This document shows positions 63,201-64,000 of a DNA stretch of 64,000 nt, piece by piece. Source of the DNA: Heterodontus francisci (Eukaryota); the NCBI RefSeq assembly GCF_036365525.1, contig NC_090406.1:41569007-41633006 (forward strand). Direction: 5' to 3'. The notes beneath the pieces are model-generated. The model made no database searches. It was not told where the DNA came from and was given only the letters and a program-made list of their open reading frames with translations. Made by a program: the position numbers and the translations under genes. Position 1 is the stretch's first letter. Every line of letters begins with the position of its first letter.

Positions 63201-63800
63201 AAAATATAATGGTCAGTGGATTTCATGCTTCAAAGGGTCGGAAGTGGTGTTCCACCGGGATCAGTGGTGGGATCACTGTTCACAATGATTTGAGCTTGGG
63301 AGTTCGTAATATAATTTCAAAATTTGCAGACAACTCAAAACTGAGCTTGTATAGTTAAGAGTCAGGAAGAATACAACAAAATACAGGATGACAGGTAGCA
63401 TAGTGAAAATGTTAATGAACTACTAATCCTGAGGACTGGACTAGTGCTCCAGAGAGCTAAGATCAAATCCCACTATGGCAGCTGCAAGTATTTAAATTCA
63501 ATTAATTAATAAATCTGGAATAAAATGCTAGTCTCATTGTAAATAATCATGAAACCACCAGATTGTCTTAAAAAACCATCTGTCACTAATCCACTCTGGT
63601 ATTTATGTGACTCCAGATCCAAAGCAATGCGGTTGACTTCATACCTGTCCTCTGAAATGGCCGAGCAAGCCACTCAGTTGCAGTTGGCTCACCACTACCT
63701 GCTCAAGGGCAATTAGGGATGGGCAATAAATGCTGGCCTTGCTAGTGAAGCTTATATCCCAAGACAAATTTTTCAAAATTGCGGAATGGTCATGTAGTTG
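60216..63800 (+). repeat. Segmental duplication of about 14032-18900 (RPL37 intron 2 end, exon 3, intron 3)
   Basis: Colinear similarity read by eye from CAGAGAGACCATTT to GAATGGTCATGTA. It lacks three TE insertions present in the source copy. Confidence 0.95.
60770..60854 (+). pseudogene. RPL37: Duplicated RPL37 exon 3 (orphan exon)
   Basis: 8 differences in 85 bp from 14561-14645. Translates (Y)[27 protein letters not shown](R). Splice sites are intact, but no copies of exons 1, 2 or 4 are seen in the window. Confidence 0.9.
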
Positions 63801-64000
63801 TAGTGATTTATGACATTAACCCCTCATAGGGACTAAACCAAATCAGGAGTACATCCCTATGAATCTCCTTTAATTAAGTTCAAACCAGACAAATTCTTAT
63901 AGACACTTATTTGAGTCCAAAGAATTGAATTAGCTTTCCCTCAAAGAAAGAAAACTGGCAGGGAATATTACCATATTTTGGATAGCCTATTTTTTACGTC

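Overview
Eukaryotic, repeat-rich genomic DNA from a cartilaginous fish, most likely a shark. This is inferred from the cluster-type V-J-C immunoglobulin light-chain gene, HE1/V-SINE-type and Deu-domain SINEs, and abundant CR1 LINEs; the species cannot be fixed from the sequence. Two host genes lie on the + strand. (1) A complete 4-exon RPL37 gene (ATG 10103, stop 20455, 97 aa). (2) An unrearranged, apparently intact Ig light-chain cluster of sigma type: octamer/TATA promoter, leader 43727-43775, V 43880-44200 with 12-RSS, 23-RSS plus J 44581-44617, and C 49557-49882. A degenerate segmental copy of RPL37 (end of intron 2, exon 3, most of intron 3) lies at about 60216-63800, so the IgL cluster is bracketed by two RPL37 copies about 46 kb apart. 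The rest is mostly transposable elements. These include a Penelope-like (Neptune-type) composite insertion with a 1.4-kb inverted repeat, a 14-bp TSD and minimal hammerhead motifs; a full-length CR1 carrying nested insertions; a decayed Harbinger transposon; a Gmr1-type Gypsy relic; hAT- and Harbinger-type MITEs; and a Helentron/HINE-like element rich in promoter motifs. Most short ORFs in the supplied track are TE fragments or noise. All alignments were done by eye, so TE boundaries are approximate unless a TSD or TIR is quoted.
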